Part shown: piece by piece, positions 1 through 9,297 of the stretch
Position numbering within the stretch: position 1 is the first letter of the stretch
How the letters are laid out: every line of letters starts with the position of its first letter
From: Bacteroidales bacterium
GTDB lineage: Bacteria; Bacteroidota; Bacteroidia; Bacteroidales; WRLA01
Length of the DNA stretch: 53,710 bases
Assembly (NCBI GenBank): GCA_031254805.1
Contig: JAIRTP010000068.1
Coordinates: 1-53,710, forward strand
Direction: 5' to 3'
The notes under the pieces: model-generated
The model's database searches: none
What the model saw: the letters and a program-made list of their open reading frames with translations, nothing else
What the model was told of the DNA's origin: nothing
Translations under genes and position numbers: made by a program

Positions 1-69
1 TTACGTAATTATCTGCAACAACGATACTGCTCTTTGCAATTGGCAAATGTCTTTATGGAATTTTTTTAA
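1..69 (+). CDS. possible 3' end of an upstream gene (LRNYLQQRYCSLQLANVFMEFF*), partial
   Basis: Frame 1 is open from the window edge to TAA at 67-69, which coincides with the ISAs1-like left end. Too short to identify. Confidence 0.25.
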   Translation, partial: LRNYLQQRYCSLQLANVFMEFF

Positions 70-439
70 GACAAGCGCGCGAAAATAGTAACTATACAAG
101 ATGAAAACGACACAACTTGGATTTAAAATCCGTTTGGCGGAGAGCGTATCGAAAGAACGGGAATATGACCATGAACGCTATGAAGTATGCAAATGCAGCA
201 CTCAGAGGACATTGGAACATTGAAAATCGTTTGCTCTGCATCCGGATGTTACTTTTATGGAAGGCGCCTGCCGGATAAGAACCGATTATGCGCCGGAAAA
301 CCTCGTTGTCATAAGAAAGCTTGCTTGCAAATTATTAAGGAACACTCCGACAAATTAAAGTTTCAAGAAATGTAGGTTTAAAGCTGTTTATGATGAAATA
401 GCTCAAAAATTGATCACTTAATTTTGTGCGGTTGCTCTG
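67..439 (+). mobile_element. internally deleted, frameshifted ISAs1-family element (MITE-like remnant)
   Basis: Frame-joined translation gives EYDHERYE..LRGHWNIENRL / HPDVTFMEGACRIRTDYAPENLVVIRKLA / LQIIKEHSDKL, matching the ISAs1 transposase C-terminus (RGHWxIENxLHWxLDVTFxED). The right end TTTTGTGCGGTTGCTCTG (422-439) resembles ISAs1 termini. The left end is repeated at 34218. Confidence 0.8.
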
Positions 440-479
440 AAAAATGAATAGGGAATACGTTTTTATACAATAAAAGCGC

Positions 480-487
480 TATCTTTG
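480..487 (+). promoter_or_regulatory. Bacteroidota sigmaA -7 element TATCTTTG
   Basis: Matches TAnnTTTG, 20 nt upstream of ATG 508. Confidence 0.6.
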
Positions 488-507
488 CTTATTAAAAAAC
501 TAATACC

Positions 508-3096
508 ATGAAAAAAGAGTTATTATATTTTGTCGTGTTATTTTCTTTTATGATGTTTCGCGGCGTATTGTTCGGGCAATTTATTGATGATTTTTCCGAT
601 GGAGACTTTACAAACGATCCTGTTTGGTTTGGAGACGAATCTCTTTTTGTCGTAAATAATAATTTTCAACTTCAATTGAACGATATTGATGTTGGAGACG
701 TCGCTTTGGTTACGGAGAGTTCAATTATTCATAACGTAGAATGGCGTTTTTTGATACGAATGGCGTTTTCTCCGTCTAATAATAATTTTGCTCAAATTTA
801 TTTGGCTTCGGATCATGCCGATTTGAGAACCCCGTTGCATGGTTATTTTTTACGTTTTGGAGAAGGCGGTTCAAACGACGCTATTGAACTTTACAAACAA
901 GAAGGCGATACGAAAACGTTGATTTGTCGAGGCGACGACGGAGCTGTCGCTTCTTCGTTTACGGCTTGTGTAAAGGTTGTTTTTACGGATAATATTTGGA
1001 CGCTTTATAGCGATATGAACGGAGGCGACGCTTTTCAAAAAATCGCTTCGGGGAGCGATACGCCGACTTTTGAGAGCAGTTATTTTGGCGTTCTTTGTCA
1101 ATATACAAAGAGCAATGCGAATAGATTCTATTTTGACGATTTCTATGTCGGAGAGATATATGTTGATACCGATCCGCCTGAGTTAAAAAATATTGAAATT
1201 ATTTCCGAACGGGAATTGAAAATTGTTTTTAGCGAATCAATAACCCAAGAAACAGCGGAAAACACCGCTAATTATTTTATTACGCCGAGCAATTTTCATC
1301 CTGATAGCGCTATTTTACAGCGAGATTCGAGAAGCGTTGTATTATATTTTTCTCAATCATTTGAAGCGCGAAAAGAATATACGCTTACGGTACATAACAT
1401 TTCCGATTTAGCGGGAAATATTGCTCCGCAACTTTCAGAAACATTTTATTGGAGTAAGCCTTTTCCCTACGATATTTTGATAACAGAGATCATGGCGAGA
1501 TCTGTCCCTTCGGTTGGATTGCCGGAAGTTCCTTATATTGAGATATTTAATAATAGCGATTTTTCGATTAATTTGAATGGGTGGTCTTTAGTAATTGGAA
1601 ATAGCGTGAAAAATTTCGGAGATTTCGCTTTTGAAAGAGGCGAATATTTGATTCTTTGTCATAATAGCAATGTCGCGCTTTTAGAAAACTATGGAAATTG
1701 TTACGGATTTAGCAGTTTTTCATTGACTTATGGCGGAACTTCATTGACGTTATCTTCTCCTGAAAAAGAACAAATCGCTTATGTTCATTATAGCGACGCA
1801 TGGTATAAAGACGACCTTAAAAAAGATGGCGGATGGTCTTTAGAAAGGATAGATTTGAGCAATCATTGCGATCATATTGATAATTGGCAAGCGTCGATTA
1901 ATCCGCAGGGAGGAACGCCGGGTAAAAAGAATAGCGTCGACGGGGTAAATATTGAATCAATATTGCCGGAAATGATGAATGCGTCATTTTTGGACGAACA
2001 TTCCATTTTGGTGAAATTCAATAAAAACATGAATCCGGAACATATTTCAAGAACGGATATTTGGAAAGCCGATCATGGATTGGGAGAACCTGTTGTCGCT
2101 TTGCCGATTGTTCCCGAATATAATTCGGTCATGCTCGCTTTTTCCGATCCCATTGAGAGATATGTTGCGTATACGTTAACATTAGACAAAGCAAACATAA
2201 CAGACTGCGCTGATATGGCATTGTCCGGAATTTCAGAGACACGGTTTGCCATCCCGGAACAATCTAATAAGTTTGATATAGTTATCAATGAAGTGATGTT
2301 TAGCCCTAATAATGTGCAATATGTGGAGTTGTATAATCGATCGTCGTATACTTTTGACATAAAATCGTTGCGATTTATTTTTGAAAATAATAGAGGGGAA
2401 CAGAGAGTTTGTTCGCTTCCCTCTTATCTGCTTTTTCCTGAAGGGTATGCTTTGCTGACCAAACAGACAAAAAATGTGGAAACATTTTATCGTTCAGATG
2501 TTTATAGTTTTGTAGAGATAGTTGATTTTCCTACTTTAGCGACCTCTTCGGGAATAATTCGTATCGCAAAAGTTGAAGATTCGACGCAAATAATCGACGT
2601 TATGCGTTACGATTCGGAGATGCATTCTGCGATACAAACTTCTACGACCGGAATTTCATTGGAACGTATTTCTCCCGATCGCCCTGCCGGCGATGAAACA
2701 AATTGGCATTCTGCGGCGCAAACAGCAGGATTTGGCACGCCCGGGTATAAAAATTCACAATTCGACGATGGAAAATCCGATCAAGATATATCAATTGATC
2801 CGGAGGTATTTACGCCTGATAATGATGGAATTGACGATTATTTGAATGTCCGCTATAAATTTGAAGAACCGGGATATATAGCGAATATTTATATTTACGA
2901 TGCAACCGGACGCTTTGTCAAACGATTGGCTAATAATGCGACTGTCGGAACGGAAGGAAGTTTTTCGTGGGATGGAAGAAATGAATCGGGACAGGTGTCA
3001 AATTCGGGAATTTATATAGTCGTAGTAGACATTTTTAATCTTCAAGGAAAAACGAAACGTTATAAAAAAATCGGAACATTGGGAGTGAGATTTTGA
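508..3096 (+). CDS. secreted lamin-tail-domain/Ig-like protein with T9SS type-B (gliding motility-associated) C-terminal domain
   Basis: Signal peptide; two LTD-like repeats (ILITEIMA..YIEIFN, IVINEVMF..YVELYN, each ending GTPG.KNS); C-terminal PEVFTPDNDGIDD..IYDATGR..SWDG. Confidence 0.8.
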   Translation: MKKELLYFVVLFSFMMFRGVLFGQFIDDFSDGDFTNDPVWFGDESLFVVNNNFQLQLNDIDVGDVALVTESSIIHNVEWRFLIRMAFSPSNNNFAQIYLASDHADLRTPLHGYFLRFGEGGSNDAIELYKQEGDTKTLICRGDDGAVASSFTACVKVVFTDNIWTLYSDMNGGDAFQKIASGSDTPTFESSYFGVLCQYTKSNANRFYFDDFYVGEIYVDTDPPELKNIEIISERELKIVFSESITQETAENTANYFITPSNFHPDSAILQRDSRSVVLYFSQSFEARKEYTLTVHNISDLAGNIAPQLSETFYWSKPFPYDILITEIMARSVPSVGLPEVPYIEIFNNSDFSINLNGWSLVIGNSVKNFGDFAFERGEYLILCHNSNVALLENYGNCYGFSSFSLTYGGTSLTLSSPEKEQIAYVHYSDAWYKDDLKKDGGWSLERIDLSNHCDHIDNWQASINPQGGTPGKKNSVDGVNIESILPEMMNASFLDEHSILVKFNKNMNPEHISRTDIWKADHGLGEPVVALPIVPEYNSVMLAFSDPIERYVAYTLTLDKANITDCADMALSGISETRFAIPEQSNKFDIVINEVMFSPNNVQYVELYNRSSYTFDIKSLRFIFENNRGEQRVCSLPSYLLFPEGYALLTKQTKNVETFYRSDVYSFVEIVDFPTLATSSGIIRIAKVEDSTQIIDVMRYDSEMHSAIQTSTTGISLERISPDRPAGDETNWHSAAQTAGFGTPGYKNSQFDDGKSDQDISIDPEVFTPDNDGIDDYLNVRYKFEEPGYIANIYIYDATGRFVKRLANNATVGTEGSFSWDGRNESGQVSNSGIYIVVVDIFNLQGKTKRYKKIGTLGVRF

Positions 3097-3157
3097 TTTT
3101 CCTAAAAGAATTGAGTTCGTATTTATAGCTCTGTTAATGTGTTTGTTTTGGAATTTG

Positions 3158-3898
3158 CTATAGGTATTTGAGGCTATTTAACTCATAATAATTTATTGCT
3201 CCATCTTCATGTTGCAACATAAGGCGTCCGTCTTTCGTTGTTCCTAAAATAGAAGCTTGACATTTTTTTCCATTGATTAGATATGTCTTTACTTCATTAA
3301 GTTGATAAAGAGCGGCATGATATCTTTTTGACAAAATCTCTTCATCGAAAGGATTTGTATGTTCAAAAGCATGAAGAAATTTTTCCGTATACTGAACGCA
3401 TAACGAATCTATGTTCAATTTTTTACTGCACAAAATCCTCAACGAAACAGGGTTTGGAGATTTTTCAAACGATATCTGGTTGACGTTGACGCCTATTCCG
3501 ATAATCGAGTAAGAGAGCGTATTCCCTAAAATTGTGTGTTCAATGAGCATGCCTGCCAACTTTTTGTCATTTACATACAGATCGTTAGGCCATTTGATCT
3601 TGATGGGATGATCCGGAATGAATGTTTGCAAAAAATCAGCTAATGTAACTGAAACCAATTGATTTAAAATGAATTGTTGAGAAGGGAGATAATATTGAGG
3701 GGTAATAATTATAGAAAAAAGGAGATTTTCTCCTTGATTACTTTCCCAAGAATTTCCTTGTCTTCCTTTTCCTTTTGTTTGATAATGAGCGCGAATCACG
3801 CTTCCATGAGATACTTTTTTCTGAAGAATTAATTCTTTTGCAATATCGTTAGTTGAAGATACAACGTCTAAAACCCTAATATCTAAAATAGAACTCAT
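3158..3898 (-). CDS. birA: biotin--[acetyl-CoA-carboxylase] ligase (no N-terminal HTH)
   Basis: STND, QTKGKGRQGNSW, KWPND, KLAGMLIE, GIGVNVNQ motifs. Confidence 0.92.
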   Translation of the reverse strand: MSSILDIRVLDVVSSTNDIAKELILQKKVSHGSVIRAHYQTKGKGRQGNSWESNQGENLLFSIIITPQYYLPSQQFILNQLVSVTLADFLQTFIPDHPIKIKWPNDLYVNDKKLAGMLIEHTILGNTLSYSIIGIGVNVNQISFEKSPNPVSLRILCSKKLNIDSLCVQYTEKFLHAFEHTNPFDEEILSKRYHAALYQLNEVKTYLINGKKCQASILGTTKDGRLMLQHEDGAINYYELNSLKYL

Positions 3899-3909
3899 TT
3901 TTTAAGAGA

Positions 3910-5949
3910 TCAATTGAGCAAAATAAAGCTGCCTCTTCGTTCGTATGTGTCGTTATTTGTTGTAACAATTCTCAAATAATATGCATAGCCGCCTGTCGGG
4001 GCGATTTTTCCATTAATTCGTCCGTCCCATCCGTCTCTTTGCAATTCGGTTTCATATATCAACTCGCCCCATCTATTATAGATCAATAATCTGTAGATAG
4101 ACATATAAATGGAAGGATCGATAGTCGGTTTGAATATCTTGTTAGTTTGCGTTGGAGAAAAAGCGTTAGGGAAAGTGATAATATCAGGTAGATTCAATTG
4201 TAGCCGGGTTCTATTCGATAGCGCTATGTCTTGGATGTCCGGTTCATTTTCACTTATCGTCGATTTTGCTTCTACCAAATATTCAATATTTAATGTGATG
4301 TCGGAAACGACATGGTCGATATCTGTGTATGCATTTATATTGACGCTAAAAGATTTGTCAAACTCTTCATTCACATAACGATGAACAATATAAGAATGTA
4401 AGCCATTGATAAATCCTTCATAAGCGGTCCATTCCAATTGAGCTATTCTATCTTCAGTCAACTTTGCTTGTAAAAGAATGTTTTGCGCCGGTTTAACAGC
4501 GGGGATTATCGTGCCGCAGGTGTCGACAGTTTTTAATCGGTAATAATACGATGTAGTTTGTACGTTCATATTGAGATCTAAATGACAAAGTGGCGAGATT
4601 GTTTGTTCTTCAAATGTAGCAATCGTTGTAAAGGAACCATCTTCGCCTGTTGTAGAACGTTCAAGTTCATATTTCAGATAAGGCTTATTCGGATCAATTT
4701 CAAAGCATACTTCAATATCGGATCCTTTCACGCTTACATGCCGAAAATATTCAGGATCAGGTTTGTCGGAAAATGTAAAATCAACGCTTCGTATACACGA
4801 TGAAGCAATCTGTTTCTTTGCATTACTCCAATAATGAACGGCAAATATTTGAAAATAACAGGTTTGCGGAGTCATTGCTTTATATTCATAAGAAAAAATA
4901 GTTGGTTCTATTTCATCGACTAAAACGTATGACGATCCACCGTCATAAGAGGCATAAATTTCATAAACGTCTACTTCCATATCGCTATACATCATCCACG
5001 ACAACAGCGCTATACTATCGCATGAGTTGTAGATAATAGGAGAGAAGAGAAGATTGCTTTTTGAGGAGTCGGGATATTTCGTAGATGTTTCATCGCAAAC
5101 GCTTTTTGCGCCGACGCCATATTTTCTGACGATACTACAAAAATCGTTAGATGAATTATCCGTCCATCTTACTACGTCGGGAGAGGGGGCATGTCCGATA
5201 AGCTCCCATCCTCCCGTATTTTTTGCTAAATAGATATCGTAAGAAGTAACATTATTGGTGGGAGATTTTTCCCACTCTAAAATAAGATTTCCTTCAGGAT
5301 TAATGATCAGCGACGATATGCTTGGCGATACGGGTTTGTAGTCTGAAAAAGATATAGGATCGGTAATATTGGATAACGATGCCGCAGGATCATCCATAGG
5401 TTTATAAGAAACTCTGTAAGAATAGTTTGTAAAGCCAGATTCAGGCGATTCAGTGAAAGTTAACGCTTTTGTCGTTTCTACAAATTCCCAAAGTCCCGCG
5501 TCTTTTTTTCTATAAATATAGAATTCGCTTTGCGACCAGCTATTATCTACATGATTCCACGTTAAGTTAATACTGCCGTCTCTATAACATGCGATCAAAT
5601 AGATCGGCGTTACTTCGGTAGATTGAAATTCATCTAAAACATAATTATAATTTACAACATAATAATAAGTTCTCCGGCTATTTGCTTTCCCTGCATTATG
5701 CTTGAAATAGTATGAACTTGCGGAGGCGCTTTCCGATCCATCTATTTTTTTCCAATCCGGATCATATTGATTTCTATACCATACTTCCGAATGGTCAAAA
5801 TCATTAGGATAGGCGTTTGGCGTCCATTCTAATTCGACTTCTCCTTTTTCATTAACGGCAACGCGCGTAATTTGAGGCGCTGAAGTCTGTGCAAAAGCTA
5901 TCGACATCAAGGCCATAAAACATAAAAGTAATACAACGATTTTTTTCAT
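3910..5949 (-). CDS. secreted FN3-like repeat protein with T9SS type-B C-terminal domain
   Basis: Likely start ATG 5949 (MKKIVVLLL signal peptide), downstream of TATTTTTG at 5975-5982. Repeated LxW...Y.IYR FN3-like modules; C-terminal FPNAFSP..IYNRWG..GWDG. Confidence 0.8.
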   Translation of the reverse strand: MKKIVVLLLCFMALMSIAFAQTSAPQITRVAVNEKGEVELEWTPNAYPNDFDHSEVWYRNQYDPDWKKIDGSESASASSYYFKHNAGKANSRRTYYYVVNYNYVLDEFQSTEVTPIYLIACYRDGSINLTWNHVDNSWSQSEFYIYRKKDAGLWEFVETTKALTFTESPESGFTNYSYRVSYKPMDDPAASLSNITDPISFSDYKPVSPSISSLIINPEGNLILEWEKSPTNNVTSYDIYLAKNTGGWELIGHAPSPDVVRWTDNSSNDFCSIVRKYGVGAKSVCDETSTKYPDSSKSNLLFSPIIYNSCDSIALLSWMMYSDMEVDVYEIYASYDGGSSYVLVDEIEPTIFSYEYKAMTPQTCYFQIFAVHYWSNAKKQIASSCIRSVDFTFSDKPDPEYFRHVSVKGSDIEVCFEIDPNKPYLKYELERSTTGEDGSFTTIATFEEQTISPLCHLDLNMNVQTTSYYYRLKTVDTCGTIIPAVKPAQNILLQAKLTEDRIAQLEWTAYEGFINGLHSYIVHRYVNEEFDKSFSVNINAYTDIDHVVSDITLNIEYLVEAKSTISENEPDIQDIALSNRTRLQLNLPDIITFPNAFSPTQTNKIFKPTIDPSIYMSIYRLLIYNRWGELIYETELQRDGWDGRINGKIAPTGGYAYYLRIVTTNNDTYERRGSFILLN

Positions 5950-6063
5950 TTTATTATGTTTGTAAATTCTACGGCAAAAATATAAAAAGTATAGCAAACT
6001 AACGAAGTTATCCGTTATTTGTTGTGGAAAATATTACGATAAAGCTCTATCTTGATTATTTTT

Positions 6064-6096
6064 AAAAAAATCCTGACAACGATCATGTTGCCAGGA
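6064..6096 (-). terminator. intrinsic terminator after frr
   Basis: Minus strand TCCTGGCAAC-ATGATC-GTTGTCAGGA followed by T7. Confidence 0.75.
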
Positions 6097-6136
6097 AGCA
6101 AGCCTTAAAAAAGGATTTATAAATATTTAACGGCGG

Positions 6137-6700
6137 TTAAACCGTCATAATATCCTTGTCTTTCAGTTCGAGAGCTTGATCAACCCTTTTGATAAAATCG
6201 TCGGTCATTTTTTGCAGCTCTTCTTCGAATTTCTTGATAGAATCTTCCGGAATGCCTTCTTTCTTCATGTTTTTCGTCTCATTCATGGCGTCACGACGGG
6301 CATTTCTGATTGCTATTTTTGCATTTTCAGCTTCATTTTTTGCTTGTTTGGCTAATTCGCGACGGCGTTCTTCGGTAAGAATAGGGATCTTGATGCGGAT
6401 TAATTCGCCATTATTTTGCGGAGTAAATCCCAAATTTGCATTGAGAATCTCGCGTTCAATAGCGATAATCAAACTTTTATCCCACGGTTGAATAACAATT
6501 TGACGAGCGTCCGGCGTATTGATATTGGCCAATTGCGCAATTGGCGTTGCCGCGCCGTAAGCTTCTACGCGGATTCCGTCCAAAATAGACGGGCTTGCTT
6601 TACCTGTTCTGATTTTTTGAAATCCTTTATCAAGACGCGTCAATGCTTTTTGCATTTGCTCTTCCGTCATTTCTCTACAAAGTTCTATCTCTTCAAACAT
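6137..6700 (-). CDS. frr: ribosome recycling factor
   Basis: IRTGKASP, IQPWDK, LTEERRRELAK, IRNARRDA motifs. Confidence 0.97.
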   Translation of the reverse strand: MFEEIELCREMTEEQMQKALTRLDKGFQKIRTGKASPSILDGIRVEAYGAATPIAQLANINTPDARQIVIQPWDKSLIIAIEREILNANLGFTPQNNGELIRIKIPILTEERRRELAKQAKNEAENAKIAIRNARRDAMNETKNMKKEGIPEDSIKKFEEELQKMTDDFIKRVDQALELKDKDIMTV

Positions 6701-6740
6701 CGTTCTATGTTGTTATAGCAATTTATTTTTTAGCATATTT

Positions 6741-7049
6741 TTATTCGCGAATTATCAAATAGACCTCCTCGTCTTCTCTTTTGACAGTATATTTTTCGCG
6801 AGCAAGTTTTTCGGTTTTACTTATATCTCTTTCCAACATATCGTTGAATATCCGGATGGAATCCAATTCATGTCGCAAATTGAGATTTTCTTCCTTTAAT
6901 GCTTGCACGTCGTTCCGTATTGTAATTTGACGGAAAATATTATGTTTGTCAAAAATAATCATCCAAAAAAGAAAGAAAGCCACGACAATGAGATATTTTG
7001 TATATCTCCGTTTCAAAAAACTCTTACTATTTGCTTTTCGCTTTTTCAT
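6741..7049 (-). CDS. ftsB: septum formation initiator FtsB/DivIC family
   Basis: Basic N-terminus, one TM helix, coiled coil, EKLAREKY..KREDEEVY motif. Confidence 0.8.
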   Translation of the reverse strand: MKKRKANSKSFLKRRYTKYLIVVAFFLFWMIIFDKHNIFRQITIRNDVQALKEENLNLRHELDSIRIFNDMLERDISKTEKLAREKYTVKREDEEVYLIIRE

Positions 7050-7091
7050 GCAAAATTATATAAAAATCTGTTACGATATGTTTTTAAATCG

Positions 7092-7547
7092 TTATTCCGC
7101 CAAAAGTTGTTTTATGATAGCCGATACAATTTTATTGTCCGTTTTGCCCGCCATCTCTTTTGACGCGATACCCATTACTTTTCCCATATCTTTCATCCCC
7201 GTCGCTCCGATTTTTTTGATGATTTCAGCAACTTTTTGCTTTATGTCATTTTCCGACAACTGTTCGGGAAGATAATCTTGAATGATCGAAGCTTGATAAC
7301 GCTCTTCTTCGGCAAGCTCCGGACGATTATTAGCCGCATAAGTGTCTGCAGCTTCATTACGTTGTTTAACAAGTCTTTGCAATGTTTGTATCTCTATTTC
7401 TTCCGAAACTTCGCTACCCGATTGCGAAGTAACAACCAGCAACATGGCCGCCTTGATGGCGCGCAATGCTTCCAATTTGCGCTTATCTTTAGCAAGCATG
7501 GCTGTTTTGATATCTCCGCTAATTTTATCTATTAAGCTCATTTTCAA
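7092..7547 (-). CDS. GatB/YqeY domain protein
   Basis: DIKTAMLAKD..LRAIK, KQRNEA, YLPEQLS, DMGKVMG; usual ftsZ neighbour in Bacteroidota. Confidence 0.92.
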   Translation of the reverse strand: MKMSLIDKISGDIKTAMLAKDKRKLEALRAIKAAMLLVVTSQSGSEVSEEIEIQTLQRLVKQRNEAADTYAANNRPELAEEERYQASIIQDYLPEQLSENDIKQKVAEIIKKIGATGMKDMGKVMGIASKEMAGKTDNKIVSAIIKQLLAE

Positions 7548-7563
7548 AATATTTTTGAATTAA

Positions 7564-9201
7564 TTAATCAACATTATCGTGCAAAAATGAGTTGGCAGAA
7601 CGTACTTCAACGCCGTTTTCTCCTTCAAATAAACTGTAACGCGATATTTGCGATTCGGCAGATGATGGAACGTCTTCAAATTTAACTTTTCTACGAATAT
7701 ATGCCGGCTCGTTTTCCATACTTTCTTGAGTGGAACGCGATTTATTGCGGAATGAAATTCCCATAAAACGACGTCTTTCAGGCCCTAAAGATGCCATAGG
7801 ATCTTCCTCGTCGGAATAACTGTATGGACGATTTTCTTCGTTTTGTGGAGCTCTTATCGGATATATTCTCGTTTCCGGCAATTCATAATCGTCAAATTCA
7901 TCGCTTTTGATTACTTTGATCGGTTGTTGGTGAATAGGTTGTGCCGGAGGAGTTTCTTGCGGCTGGGAAATAATTCTCGGTTGCGATACAGGATACCGTT
8001 CGATTTGTTCTTCCTCTTTAGGCACTGCTTTGGCAAGAAGTTGAATTTCGGTAATTTCTTCCATTTTCACCTTTTCTATCTTATAGGAGGATAAGTTAGA
8101 ATTGTCTTGTAATTTAGGATTTTGCGGCTCTTCAATTTTTACTTCATTGTTCAATGGAATAACAGTGCGCAGCTCTTCTGATATTTTCTCCGGCTCATTC
8201 GACTTTTTTTCATTTTCGATATCCGGATCGAAGAATTTTTCTTCGGGAATGTTAAACCCGGTAACGATCAATGCAATAGCGATATTGTTGCCTAATGAGG
8301 GGTCGTAACCTTGTCCCATATTGATATCTGCCAAATTTCCGGTGCGCTCATTGACGAGATCCACGATTTCGCCCAATTCATCCATGCTTACTTCATCTTC
8401 GCCATAAGTTATATAAAGAAGGATTTTTTTGGCTCCGGAAAGGTCTTTGTTATCAAGAAGAGGAGAATTGATAGCTTCTTCAACAACGCGCGACGCGCGA
8501 TCTTCTCCCGACGCTTTTCCAAGTCCCATAATGGCTGTGGCGCTGTTGCGCATTACAGTTTTGGCATCTTCAAAGTCGACGTTGATATATCCGCGCGAAC
8601 TGATGATTTCCGCCATTCCTTTTGCCGCATTTGTTAAAATATCGTCGGCTTTATGGAATGCTTCGGTGATTTTAAGATCTCCATATTGCTCGCGCAGTTT
8701 ATCATTTTTGATCACCAACAATACGTCGACATATTTGCGCAATTCTTGAATGCCTTTTAATGCTTGCACGCGACGACGTTTACCTTCAAAGGAGAAAGGT
8801 TCTGTTACAATGCCTACCGTTAGGATATCCAATTCTCTGGCGACTTGCGCTACGACAGGAGCTGCTCCGGTTCCGGTTCCGCCGCCCATTCCTGCCGTAA
8901 TAAAAAGTAATTGAGTGTTTTTTTCTAATATCTCGCGAATATCTTCAATACTCTCTTCGGCTAATTTTTTCCCGAACTCTGGATTGGCGCCGGTTCCTAA
9001 TCCGCGTGATCCAAAGCGAATCTTAGTAGGCACAGGACTTGCTTCCAATACTTGTTGATCGGTATTGCAATTGATAAAATCGACATCTTTGATTCCTAAT
9101 TCAAACATGTGATTTACAGCGTTGTTCCCTCCTCCTCCAACGCCTATGACCTTAATGATTGACGATTGTGCTTTTGGCAAATCAAACTTCAACATATTCA
9201 T
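7564..9201 (-). CDS. ftsZ: cell division protein FtsZ (long C-terminal linker)
   Basis: GVGGGGNNAV, GMGGGTGTG, INVDFED; Bacteroidota C-terminus EPAYIRR..NSFLHDNVD. Confidence 0.98.
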   Translation of the reverse strand: MNMLKFDLPKAQSSIIKVIGVGGGGNNAVNHMFELGIKDVDFINCNTDQQVLEASPVPTKIRFGSRGLGTGANPEFGKKLAEESIEDIREILEKNTQLLFITAGMGGGTGTGAAPVVAQVARELDILTVGIVTEPFSFEGKRRRVQALKGIQELRKYVDVLLVIKNDKLREQYGDLKITEAFHKADDILTNAAKGMAEIISSRGYINVDFEDAKTVMRNSATAIMGLGKASGEDRASRVVEEAINSPLLDNKDLSGAKKILLYITYGEDEVSMDELGEIVDLVNERTGNLADINMGQGYDPSLGNNIAIALIVTGFNIPEEKFFDPDIENEKKSNEPEKISEELRTVIPLNNEVKIEEPQNPKLQDNSNLSSYKIEKVKMEEITEIQLLAKAVPKEEEQIERYPVSQPRIISQPQETPPAQPIHQQPIKVIKSDEFDDYELPETRIYPIRAPQNEENRPYSYSDEEDPMASLGPERRRFMGISFRNKSRSTQESMENEPAYIRRKVKFEDVPSSAESQISRYSLFEGENGVEVRSANSFLHDNVD

Positions 9202-9297
9202 TTTTTTTAATTTTGTAAAATTATTATCTATCTTGTTATTTATCTTGCTCTTATTTATTTTTTTTCAACAAGAAAATGTTGATTATTGTTAATCGAT

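Noticed and set aside
187-375. 62-aa ORF as a real gene
   Set aside because: It is an off-frame reading of the ISAs1 remnant.
7049-7058. TAATTTTG as an ftsB promoter
   Set aside because: Only 1 nt from the ATG, so the TSS would fall inside the ORF; could be chance in AT-rich DNA.
7564-8260. Long Q/P/E-rich FtsZ tail as a novel domain
   Set aside because: Long disordered linkers ending in ..FLHDNVD are normal for Bacteroidota FtsZ.
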